A stretch of DNA of 64,000 nt from a virus (IMGVR_UViG_3300020050_008479); one strand, 5' to 3'. Numbered from the stretch's first letter, positions 26,703 to 35,009 are shown. Numbers and translations are program-made. The notes: generated from the letters alone by a model not told the origin.

Positions 26703-27515
26703 ATGAAAATTATAGGACAAATAGAATTAGTAAAAGAAACAAGTAAAATATTTGAGATATTTAGAGCGTCTGATGCTGAAATAAGACCTCACTTTTTACT
26801 TACAGGGCCATCAGGATCAGGAAAATCATTTACAATTGCTCAATTAGCAAAGAAGTTTAACTTAGGATTCATAGAAGTTAATGCAGCTCAATTGACTAAA
26901 GAGGGAACGTCTGGTAATTCTTTATCAAAAGCATTGGCTCCAATTGGACAATCAGGAGGAAAGCCAACTGTAGTATTTGTTGATGAATTTGACAAACTAT
27001 TCATATCTGGAAACAGTAATGATAGTTGCGCTCATGAATCTACAACCGGAGTGCAAAACGAATTTCTTAAAATACTAGAATCTGACACTGCTTCAGTCTT
27101 TGGTGATTATGGAAAATACGTCAATGTTCCAATTAACAATACATTATTTGTATTTGCAGGAGCTTTTAACGGAGAAGAAAACATTTCAATCGACAGGCTA
27201 AGAGAAATTGGAATAAAAACAGAATTCTTAGGAAGAGTTGGACTCGTATTCAATACATGCCCTTTAACTATAGAAGACATGAATAATATAATAGATTCAT
27301 CTAGCTTAATAGATAAATACTTAGCATTATTCGACGCTGTTAATAGAGAAGATGTAGTATCTAGAATAAAAGAAGTAGTAAAGAATAACTTTGAAATGAA
27401 TACAATTGGTGCTAGATTAATAAATACTCTAGTTCATCAATACTTTATAAAAGGAGGATTACTTGAAGAATCAGTAGTGAAAGAAATATCATTTCAATCT
27501 AAGCTTACTCTTTAA
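26703..27515 (+). CDS. AAA+ ATPase, ClpX-like unfoldase core domain
   Basis: Walker A LLTGPSGSGKSF and following segment align with ClpX ([21 protein letters not shown] ... TTLTEAGYVG); Walker B VVFVDEFDKL; only 270 aa, with no N-terminal zinc-binding domain. Confidence 0.6.
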   Translation: MKIIGQIELVKETSKIFEIFRASDAEIRPHFLLTGPSGSGKSFTIAQLAKKFNLGFIEVNAAQLTKEGTSGNSLSKALAPIGQSGGKPTVVFVDEFDKLFISGNSNDSCAHESTTGVQNEFLKILESDTASVFGDYGKYVNVPINNTLFVFAGAFNGEENISIDRLREIGIKTEFLGRVGLVFNTCPLTIEDMNNIIDSSSLIDKYLALFDAVNREDVVSRIKEVVKNNFEMNTIGARLINTLVHQYFIKGGLLEESVVKEISFQSKLTL

Positions 27516-27521
27516 TTAAAA

Positions 27522-27586
27522 GGCAATGTAGCTTAATGGTAAAAGCACTGGAATACGGATGGAGCCTCGATAAGCTTCCATTGCCA
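27522..27586 (+). tRNA. tRNA-like element (truncated / pseudo-tRNA?)
   Basis: Perfect 7-bp acceptor GGCAATG/CATTGCC; D-arm GCTT-AATGGTAAA-AAGC; T-like arm GGAGC-CTCGATAA-GCTTC; anticodon arm too short (65 nt total). Confidence 0.3.
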
Positions 27587-27707
27587 CAACAATCAGCGTG
27601 CAACTGCAATACAAGGAATATCTAAGTAGCCTTGCGTATGATTAAAACTGAGACATTCTACGACTTTGAGTGTCTTAGTTTTCTATTATTAATTAAATCA
27701 TAAGAAA

Positions 27708-27929
27708 ATGTATATAATCAAAAATCAATATGACGACGCAGTCATAGACAAAGATCATCCTGAATACGAAGAATTACACATTGAGGATGAAATAAGATAC
27801 TTATCAGTTGGAGATACAGTAAAAGGAAAATATGAATACAGAGTAACTTCTAAAGGAGTTGTAGTTGTTCATAGTACTTTTAGTGGATTTACTCCAAGAT
27901 GGGATGCAGTATTAAGAAGAAAGAATTAG
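27708..27929 (+). CDS. hypothetical protein
   Basis: 73-aa ORF. Confidence 0.4.
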   Translation: MYIIKNQYDDAVIDKDHPEYEELHIEDEIRYLSVGDTVKGKYEYRVTSKGVVVVHSTFSGFTPRWDAVLRRKN

Positions 27930-28038
27930 TATAAATCAAGTAAAATCAATTAACCATGAAACAAACAATTAAAAGATTCTTTAGTAGAATCTACAAAGAG
28001 CTTCAAGAATTAGGATCAAACGCAGGATACGCAATGAG

Positions 28039-28446
28039 ATGTTAAATACAGTTCACACTGCAGGTACATTATCAGAAGCTTTGGCATTTATGTCAGAACT
28101 ATCTGGGCTTAGTCAATATTACAACGAAGTATATGACACAGTAGACGAACTATACTACATGTCTTCAAGTAAAGTGAAGCCAAAAAAGACACTGAACTTC
28201 AAAACATACACAATAAAAGTGTTTGATAAAGAAGGAAAACAACATCAATTCTATTTTGACAACAAAAGATTCGACGAACACGGAATCATTGCAGATAGAT
28301 TTGAAGTAAGAAGAATAAGATCATTAGTAGATTTCAATATTGACTATCACTTTGTAAAAAGAGTTAAGATTTGTGAAGGAAACGGATGGTACAGTTGGGG
28401 AGGTATTTATAAAATAAAAGGACAAGAGTTCTACTTTGAAATGTAA
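28039..28446 (+). CDS. hypothetical protein
   Basis: 135-aa ORF. Confidence 0.45.
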   Translation: MLNTVHTAGTLSEALAFMSELSGLSQYYNEVYDTVDELYYMSSSKVKPKKTLNFKTYTIKVFDKEGKQHQFYFDNKRFDEHGIIADRFEVRRIRSLVDFNIDYHFVKRVKICEGNGWYSWGGIYKIKGQEFYFEM

Positions 28447-28675
28447 AATGGCAAAAATAACAAAATTAAAAGACGATAAATTCTTTGGAGAACATCCAAA
28501 TGGAATTAACGAAGGCTTCGTACTTGACGCAGATGTTAAACCGGAAATTCCATTAGTGGGATTTAGTTACAGATTTGGTAGATTATCTACCGCTGAAGTG
28601 ACTGAGATTGTTGAAGTTACAGATGATTATTACATCTTTAAAACTAGGAATTCAACCTATAAAATCGAACTATAA
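28436..28675 (+). CDS. hypothetical protein
   Basis: 79-aa ORF overlapping its neighbours by a few nt. Confidence 0.4.
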   Translation: MKCKMAKITKLKDDKFFGEHPNGINEGFVLDADVKPEIPLVGFSYRFGRLSTAEVTEIVEVTDDYYIFKTRNSTYKIEL

Positions 28676-29031
28676 TGAGAAATAGATTATACCGTAGGGC
28701 CTTTACGTCATTAGTATCTATAACAATGGCAGTATTATTAACGCTAATAGTATCTTGTATGATACATGTTGGTAATTTAGATGGAGTTATCAATTCACTT
28801 AATACTAGAGAGTTTTTTGGAGTATCATTATTGTTTTCATTTTTGATGTACATATTCTTTACAGTTCCTGAACCTCCAAGTGAAAGAGAGTTAGCAGGTT
28901 ATGCTGATAAAAATCCAAGAAAAAGTAGAAAGTATTCTGATAAAGAAATCAATCAACTAGAGTCTGAATCTAGATACGCTCAGGAAGCTGAAGATTATTA
29001 CAACAATCCTGAAAATCATAAGCAATGTTAA
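28675..29031 (+). CDS. two-TM membrane protein
   Basis: 118 aa; helices SLVSITMAVLLTLIVSCMI and FFGVSLLFSFLMYIFFTV; acidic C-terminal half. Confidence 0.5.
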   Translation: MRNRLYRRAFTSLVSITMAVLLTLIVSCMIHVGNLDGVINSLNTREFFGVSLLFSFLMYIFFTVPEPPSERELAGYADKNPRKSRKYSDKEINQLESESRYAQEAEDYYNNPENHKQC

Positions 29032-29158
29032 TTAAAGAACAAAGAAATCACATCTCAATAATAGTGAGACAAGAAGGATTTGAAGCTTGGATGGCAAAGA
29101 TTAAAAACAAGTTCCGTTTTAGCTACGCTATGAAGGACGCTATCCAAAGAGTGAAGTA

Positions 29159-29950
29159 ATGTATTTTGGACCAACAACAGAGCTTGGTTTTATTAAGAAT
29201 AAAACAGGCTACGAAGCAAAAGATCCTACAAGTACATATTCAAAAGTTTCTTACCTTGAGGTAATAAAGCCTTTAAAGTGGTCATGTACGAATGCAAGTC
29301 TTCCAGACTTGATTCCAGTAGGATCTTTAACTTGGTGTTATAATTGGAATGGTAAAGATGAATCGATATTGCTTGAAGACAATAGATATGGAATTAATTT
29401 CCATCCAGATTGCTTTAGGTTTATTAAACATGAGTCTTATGGAGAAGAAGAAATACAATCTACAAGCAAAAACGTTGATAAAGAGTATAGATTCAAGACA
29501 AAATCAGAATTTATTGACATTGGTAAGTGGAATAGTATGCCAGATAATGCTGGATATCCATCAAAGTGGGCTTCAGGATTAGACATGAACCATTACCTTG
29601 GTCAACTTCTAACCAAAGATCAACAAGAAGTCGTTAAAGACATGCTTGAAAATAAAAAAAGTCAAGTGGTATTTGATGGATGGACATTTTTTAATTGGGA
29701 TTTTACAGAATTAAAACCTGGATATGTATCACTACCAAGAGAAATGCCAGGAGTTGAAAGAGTCCCGGATATTCCTAAAGCAGTTATTTATCCTTCTCAA
29801 CCAATTCAACAGGTTGATTGGAGAGATCCGCCTAAATTCCCTCCGCTATCTTCTACCTCCGAACAAGCAGCACCCATTATTTACGAAAGTAAGAAAGAAG
29901 AATTAAATGATGACATTGTCATCGAATCAACAATCAACATAACAATCTAA
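29159..29950 (+). CDS. hypothetical protein
   Basis: 263-aa ORF, Trp/Pro-rich, no recognisable motif. Confidence 0.5.
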   Translation: MYFGPTTELGFIKNKTGYEAKDPTSTYSKVSYLEVIKPLKWSCTNASLPDLIPVGSLTWCYNWNGKDESILLEDNRYGINFHPDCFRFIKHESYGEEEIQSTSKNVDKEYRFKTKSEFIDIGKWNSMPDNAGYPSKWASGLDMNHYLGQLLTKDQQEVVKDMLENKKSQVVFDGWTFFNWDFTELKPGYVSLPREMPGVERVPDIPKAVIYPSQPIQQVDWRDPPKFPPLSSTSEQAAPIIYESKKEELNDDIVIESTINITI

Positions 29951-29961
29951 AACAAAGAAAG

Positions 29962-30324
29962 ATGAAAACATCGGAAATTAAAGAAAATGCATCATTATTT
30001 ATTCAATTAGTGATAGCAGCAGTGAAAGGCGATGACGCAGCGGCAGTAGGTATTAAAATCCAAAAGACTGCAATAGCTCAAATTCGTGCTCAAGTAGCTG
30101 CAAAGAATGCGCATACCTTAACACTTGAAGATAATCTTGAAGTAGCTAAAGAAGCTTTAGCAAGTGCTCGTATCAACAACGGAGTATTAATCACTGATAG
30201 TGTTGAATACATTAGAACGCTTCTGTTGGCTAACAAAGGAATCGAACAAGCTGAAGATGCTATTACAAATCATGAGAAAGAAATTGCATTCCTAACGGAA
30301 CAATTGAGTCTGATCTCTAAATAG
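29962..30324 (+). CDS. coiled-coil protein
   Basis: 120 aa, Ala/Glu/Lys-rich heptad-like sequence. Confidence 0.45.
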   Translation: MKTSEIKENASLFIQLVIAAVKGDDAAAVGIKIQKTAIAQIRAQVAAKNAHTLTLEDNLEVAKEALASARINNGVLITDSVEYIRTLLLANKGIEQAEDAITNHEKEIAFLTEQLSLISK

Positions 30325-30904
30325 TATTTTCCTTCTAGTCGCAGCCTAGAACCAACAACAACAGCAGTTTCGCCCCATAAATGTTAGTGGTTTTTCAATA
30401 TGGGGCAAAGTCGCTGATTCAATAGAGATGGGATTCTAACCTTTTTTTAATGAGATTTTAACGGGTTTATGCGTTTTGAGGATCTCTATTGATGAAGTAA
30501 AAATGATTTTATGATAATACCGGCTAAACATTGAACCATTGTGAATAGGCTGAGTCAAATCTACATTCGTAGGGAGAGGATAGTAATTTACATAAAGATA
30601 CTAATACTGAATTGACAGTATCAGAGTTTCACATTAAAGAAAACTTAAGCTAATTGTAACGAAGAGCTGTGAAAGAGGAGTAATCCTAGACGTGTAGTCT
30701 TCGTGGGAGAAGATAACTATGTTGTAGCATACGCGCGAATGAGTCCCAGGCAATGTACATGGATGAGTTGTATTGAAGATTAATCCCGCTTCATAACGTC
30801 AACGCTGTCTTTTTACGCGACCCAATTGCTCATATTAGTCTATCCTCTAACAGGGAGCTATGATTAGTGTGAGTGGAGGGTGCTAAAACTTTAATTTTAA
30901 ACCA

Positions 30905-31396
30905 ATGGGAGGTAAAGAAAATGTAGTATCAAAAACGCCATGGACTCTAGAAGAATTATCTATAGTTGAAGAGGGGGTAAAAGATAGAACAATTGCTGAA
31001 TCAATTGAATTTCTTAAGGTATTGATACCTAATAGATCTCAAGATGCAATCAGAGCAAGAGTTTACGAATTCACCCTTGAAGATAGAGCAAGCAAAAGGC
31101 TAAAGAAAAACAGAAAAGCTCTTGCTAAGAAAAGAGCAATTGCCAACATCGACAACGGAGTTCCTAACGAAGAGTCAATCTTCAAAGAGAATGTGATTGA
31201 CGAAGAAGAAATGGTTATTACTAGCATTGATGGAGGCACGAAGACTCGTGCCTTAGCAATAGCTCATAATGGACCTAAATTAGCTTTTACAGAAGAGCTA
31301 ATTGTTAAACAAGGTGTAATTACTATTCCATTTATGGGAGAAGTAAGATGCAACTTTAGAATTACCGGAACATTCTTTATAGAGAAATTAGATTAA
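30905..31396 (+). CDS. hypothetical protein (possible DNA-binding regulator)
   Basis: 163 aa; basic K/R-rich middle (RLKKNRKALAKKRAIAN). Confidence 0.4.
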   Translation: MGGKENVVSKTPWTLEELSIVEEGVKDRTIAESIEFLKVLIPNRSQDAIRARVYEFTLEDRASKRLKKNRKALAKKRAIANIDNGVPNEESIFKENVIDEEEMVITSIDGGTKTRALAIAHNGPKLAFTEELIVKQGVITIPFMGEVRCNFRITGTFFIEKLD

Positions 31397-31398
31397 CT

Positions 31399-31578
31399 AT
31401 GAGAGTTTTAGTATTTATTTTATGTATGATTGCATCAATAGCATCAATCTTACAAGCATTCAGAATGATTAATCAACCTAGTTGGTTATGGAATACAGCA
31501 GGCGCGGTAGTGTTGTTTCTAATAGGTTATTCTATCGCAAAAACAAATTTTTTTACACAATTTAAAAAGAAAAAGTAA
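31399..31578 (+). CDS. small two-TM membrane protein (candidate partner of the SPFH protein)
   Basis: 59 aa, MRVLVFILCMIASIASILQAF ... AGAVVLFLIGYSIAK ... KKKK; its stop overlaps the SPFH gene start (TAATGA). Confidence 0.4.
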   Translation: MRVLVFILCMIASIASILQAFRMINQPSWLWNTAGAVVLFLIGYSIAKTNFFTQFKKKK

Positions 31579-32438
31579 TGAAGAAAGTATTATTAAGATT
31601 GACAGCAGTATTATTTATTGTTGGTATTATTACAAGCTCTTGCACAACTACAGATAGTGCTGAAGTAGCATTAGTTGTTGACCAGATGGGTAATGACAAA
31701 GGTATTCCAAATGTAACTCCTGCATCAGGATTTGTATTCTATTTTCCACCAACACAAGACGTGTTCACTTATCCAACTTCAATCCAACATAAAGTTTGGA
31801 CATCAGAAGTAACTGACGGAAGTGAATTTGATGAGCATATTGACGTTGTGTCTTCAGATGGAGCAACATTTGGCTTAAATGTATCTTTAAATTTACAATT
31901 AAAAAGAGAAAGTGCTAAAGATGTGTTTATAAAGTACCGAATAGGTATGGATGAATTACTACAAACTAGAGTAAAAGCAATCGTTAGAAAAGCATTAAGA
32001 GACAATTCAGTAACATTTGCTTCTGATTCATTGATTCAACATGGAAATGTGTATGAAGATAAAGTGAATTCAGCTCTTGCGGTATTGCTTGATAAAGAAG
32101 GATTTACATCTGTAACTCTTGCTGTATTGAAAGCTGATATGCCTGCATCTTATAGAAATGCAATTAATAGCAAAATTAAAGTAATTCAGGAAACTGCAAC
32201 AATTAAGTCACAGACATTGAAAGCTGAACAACAAGCATTACAAAAGGTAGCTGAAGCAAAAGGAAACTTTGAGGCTGCTGAATACAATGCAAGAACTAAA
32301 GCAATTATGTCTCAACCTAAAATGTTAGAGTTGTATCGTGCAGAAACAGAAAGAGTATGGGCTGAAAGCGGAGTTTCTCCTTATGGATCAAACAATGTAT
32401 TTGGATCAGCTGGCAATATTCTTTTGAATAGAAAATAA
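31578..32438 (+). CDS. SPFH/band-7 (stomatin/prohibitin/HflKC-like) domain lipoprotein
   Basis: Signal peptide with lipobox-like cysteine (LFIVGIITSSC); core resembles the SPFH domain followed by a coiled-coil region (KAEQQALQKVAEAKGNFEAAEYNARTKAIM). Confidence 0.5.
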   Translation: MKKVLLRLTAVLFIVGIITSSCTTTDSAEVALVVDQMGNDKGIPNVTPASGFVFYFPPTQDVFTYPTSIQHKVWTSEVTDGSEFDEHIDVVSSDGATFGLNVSLNLQLKRESAKDVFIKYRIGMDELLQTRVKAIVRKALRDNSVTFASDSLIQHGNVYEDKVNSALAVLLDKEGFTSVTLAVLKADMPASYRNAINSKIKVIQETATIKSQTLKAEQQALQKVAEAKGNFEAAEYNARTKAIMSQPKMLELYRAETERVWAESGVSPYGSNNVFGSAGNILLNRK

Positions 32439-32860
32439 GATGACTTGGAAAGAACTCATCTTAGACGCATATTCAAAGGGTAAGACAATACAGTCTAATC
32501 ATTCTGGAAAATGGAGTGACTTTAGTCCTCAAAACCAAGTCGACAGGCCTAATTTAAATTATGGAACTGAAGATAATTGGAGAATAAAAGAATAGTGTAA
32601 AAATAGACATCTTGTTGAAGCCAGCATGTAATAAGACCGGATGCGTGGGATACCGAAGCATTTAATGTGGATAACAGAAAGCCGGGTACAAGATTCTATG
32701 ATGCAATAAGCGTTATAACAGGGGCGAGGATGATTGTTTACATTTACACCTATCCTCGCACAGAGAGATTGAGCGTTCTTGTTACATGTTTACGGGAACG
32801 AAGTTAATACAATAAAATTGCGTATCATTATTTTGATTAGTGCCCTCACACGAGGGCTAC

Positions 32861-33294
32861 GGGGCCGCTTGGTTTTGACAGGTTAAATACGCAGTAAGAT
32901 CAGCTCCGAGAGATAACGGATAATAACTAAGGTGAATCATTTTAAATGACAACAATCAAGTTTCAGCCAATATGGCTACAGTAGGTTCATTACTTAACGT
33001 TAACGCTCCGGCAAGAACAATGAGAATGGCAGCATAATACTCTTAGAAGTAATGCGACTCAACATTGGCAAGAGTATAAATTTGCCATAAATTTTAACGT
33101 ACATAGTGCGTTACAACTCATGAGAGAGATTGCATTTATGCACTCATGAGTGTTGAGCTATAAATGCTATCATCTCAAAACTTCTAGATTTAGTATTGTT
33201 TGAGAGAAGGAAAAGGCTAAACTTTACAAAAGCTGTATAAATCTTATTGTTACACTTTAATTTTGGACGGGGGTTCGACTCCCCCCGGCTCCAC
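32861..33294 (+). ncRNA. ssrA: tmRNA (ssrA-like transfer-messenger RNA)
   Basis: 5' end GGGGCCG-CTT-GGTTTTGACAGG resembles the E. coli tmRNA 5' end GGGGCUG-AUUCU-GGAUUCGACGGG; 3' end GGACGGGGGTTCGACTCCCCCCGGCTCCA resembles E. coli GGACGCGGGUUCAACUCCCGCCAGCUCCA; the 7-bp acceptor pairs GGGGCCG with CGGCTCC 434 nt away; an internal short frame ends ...APARTMRMAA-TAA (Ala-Ala-stop, as in tag peptides). Confidence 0.65.
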
Positions 33295-33556
33295 AATTTA
33301 TAAAATCACTTGCTTGAAGATAAACAATAATATAAATACGAATTAACGTATGGTGTTAGCTCTAAGAAGAGTACTTAAAATGTCAAAAAGTATATTATAA
33401 GCTGTACTAGCAGTTGTGTTTGTTGTAAAGATGTTAAATTATAAGCAATTAAGGAGATCATCCTTGTATGTGAAAGATTTCATACTATTATTCCGACTAG
33501 AAAGGACAAGTGATTTTTTAAATAATAAATAGAAGGAAAACTATAGAAACCTGAAT

Positions 33557-33631
33557 ATAGGTGTAGTTCAGTATTTGGTAGAACAGACCCTTCAAATGGT
33601 TATGTCGTTGGTTCGAGCCCAGCCACCTATA
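33557..33631 (+). tRNA. tRNA, anticodon ambiguous (CAA, or TCA suppressor-like); anticodon stem weak
   Basis: Acceptor ATAGGTG/CACCTAT; D-arm GTTC-11nt-GAAC; T-arm GTTGG-TTCGAGC-CCAGC; loop region CCTTCAAATGG; short variable arm, which is inconsistent with a bacterial Leu tRNA. Confidence 0.5.
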
Positions 33632-33668
33632 CAAACGAGAGGAAAGGCAACCATAACAAATGTCCTGG

Positions 33669-33744
33669 TGATGTGTAGCTCAGATGGTTAGAGCGGGGAC
33701 TTTGCAAAGGTTCTGCGTCGTGGGTTCGAGGCCCACCACAACAA
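33669..33744 (+). tRNA. tRNA-Cys (anticodon GCA)
   Basis: Acceptor TGATGTG/CACAACA (one mismatch); D-arm GCTC-AGATGGTTA-GAGC; anticodon stem GGACT/GGTTC with loop TTGCAAA; T-arm GTGGG-TTCGAGG-CCCAC. Confidence 0.6.
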
Positions 33745-34005
33745 CAAAAGTGTCAACTATAAGTATAAGCTCGCGAAAGTTTAGCGGCTAAAGCCTTGTT
33801 GAAGCAATATCTGGTTAACGCGATAATCCCAGTGCGCGAGATACAGTAAACTTATACTTGGTTGGCATAATAATACAACGATCCGTGTAGATTGTGTTCA
33901 AATGAATGTTAGTGTAAGTGTAACATCCTAGCTCGCGGAGAGCGATAATGGCAATATGGCATAACGACCCATACATTCATTTTTTAATTTAAAACTAAAT
34001 AAACC

Positions 34006-34731
34006 ATGTTAAAGAAAAAACTAATTAAAGAGTTGGGTCAAATGACTCAATTGAATGTTGATATAGATCAACCAATGAAGCTTAAGACAGATTTAGACAT
34101 GAATGCATTAAGTCTATACGTGGGTAAAAATGGTTCAGGAAAGAGTCTTATATTGAAAATGACATGGGCATTGGCTACTATCATGGTATTTAAAATCAAT
34201 AGAGCAAAAACATCAGAATCTGAGATGCTTCAAACTGCACAATATGTGTGGGATAATACATTTGAAGACAACAACTTCAATGGACTTGTAGGAGCGATTC
34301 ATCCTGGAGGTAAGATAAGTCTAGGATTTAAAAATGGAAAACTAGAATCAATGAATATTGATGTGGCTGAATCTATTGTAGACGCTCCATCACCTTTATT
34401 CTTATCTGTAACAATGAGAACATTCGATGAAGTAGAAAGATTCTTTAAGCTTCAAGATAAGATTGGTATTGAATCAATGCCAGAATACTACAGACTTTAT
34501 GACTCTGTATACGCTCACAAAATTAAGCGATCGTTCGAAGCTGGTATTATTGCAGACGATAAAATAAAAGACACTTTAAAGAACTTTGAGCTAGATAAAT
34601 ATGACATCGTTTCATTTGGATACAAAAACGAAAAATTTATCTTTACTAATAGTGCAGGTGAAGATAAATTTATATCATCTCTATCTAAAGGAGAACAATC
34701 ACTACTTAACATGAAGTTAGGAGTAATGTAG
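34006..34731 (+). CDS. P-loop NTPase (AAA_15/AAA_21/SMC-N-like), apparently lacking the Walker-B segment
   Basis: Walker A VGKNGSGKSLIL near the N-terminus; signature-like LSKGEQSLL eight residues from the stop; a tRNA gene starts 7 nt after the stop. Confidence 0.5.
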   Translation: MLKKKLIKELGQMTQLNVDIDQPMKLKTDLDMNALSLYVGKNGSGKSLILKMTWALATIMVFKINRAKTSESEMLQTAQYVWDNTFEDNNFNGLVGAIHPGGKISLGFKNGKLESMNIDVAESIVDAPSPLFLSVTMRTFDEVERFFKLQDKIGIESMPEYYRLYDSVYAHKIKRSFEAGIIADDKIKDTLKNFELDKYDIVSFGYKNEKFIFTNSAGEDKFISSLSKGEQSLLNMKLGVM

Positions 34732-34737
34732 AATACA

Positions 34738-34821
34738 CACCGGTGAAACTTAATGGCGAGCTGGCATACCCTCCTGTAGCAGTACAGGTCGTTAGCGGAG
34801 GTTCGAATCCTCCTGCCGGTG
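34738..34821 (+). tRNA. tRNA-like gene with long variable arm (type II); isotype undetermined
   Basis: Acceptor CACCGGT/TGCCGGT; T-arm GGAGG-TTCGAAT-CCTCC; internal hairpin CCTGT-AGCAGT-ACAGG; anticodon not resolved by hand. Confidence 0.45.
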
Positions 34822-34843
34822 CAATAATTAATAAATAAAACCA

Positions 34844-35007
34844 TGAGTAGAAAAAGAATTAAAAAAGGAATATTAATAACTTCCACAAACCTTGCTAGAA
34901 GAAACAAGGCTTTTAAAAATGTAGTAGAAATTACATACACGCCAATGATGTTTGGCAACAAAGTAGTATCCGAGAAAGTCTTAGGAGCTAGAACAAAAAC
35001 AAACTAA
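34844..35007 (+). CDS. small basic protein (54 aa)
   Basis: MSRKRIKKGILITSTNLARRNK ...; below the ORF-track cutoff; A-rich leader. Confidence 0.25.
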
Positions 35008-35009
35008 CT

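Noticed and set aside
27956-28045. 29-aa ORF (MKQTIKRFFSRIYKELQELGSNAGYAMRC) upstream of gene 28039
   Set aside because: Too short to support without conservation data; it overlaps the next start in another frame.
30325-30904. Group I or II intron in the GC-rich spacer
   Set aside because: The spacer does not interrupt any recognisable gene (its flanks are complete small ORFs), and I could not identify P7 or domain V-like elements by eye.
34738-34821. Strand of the tRNA-like gene with a near-palindromic T-arm (GGAGG-TTCGAAT-CCTCC)
   Set aside because: A minus-strand reading was considered and rejected because only the plus strand gives the canonical T-loop TTCGAAT; the reverse gives ATTCGAA.
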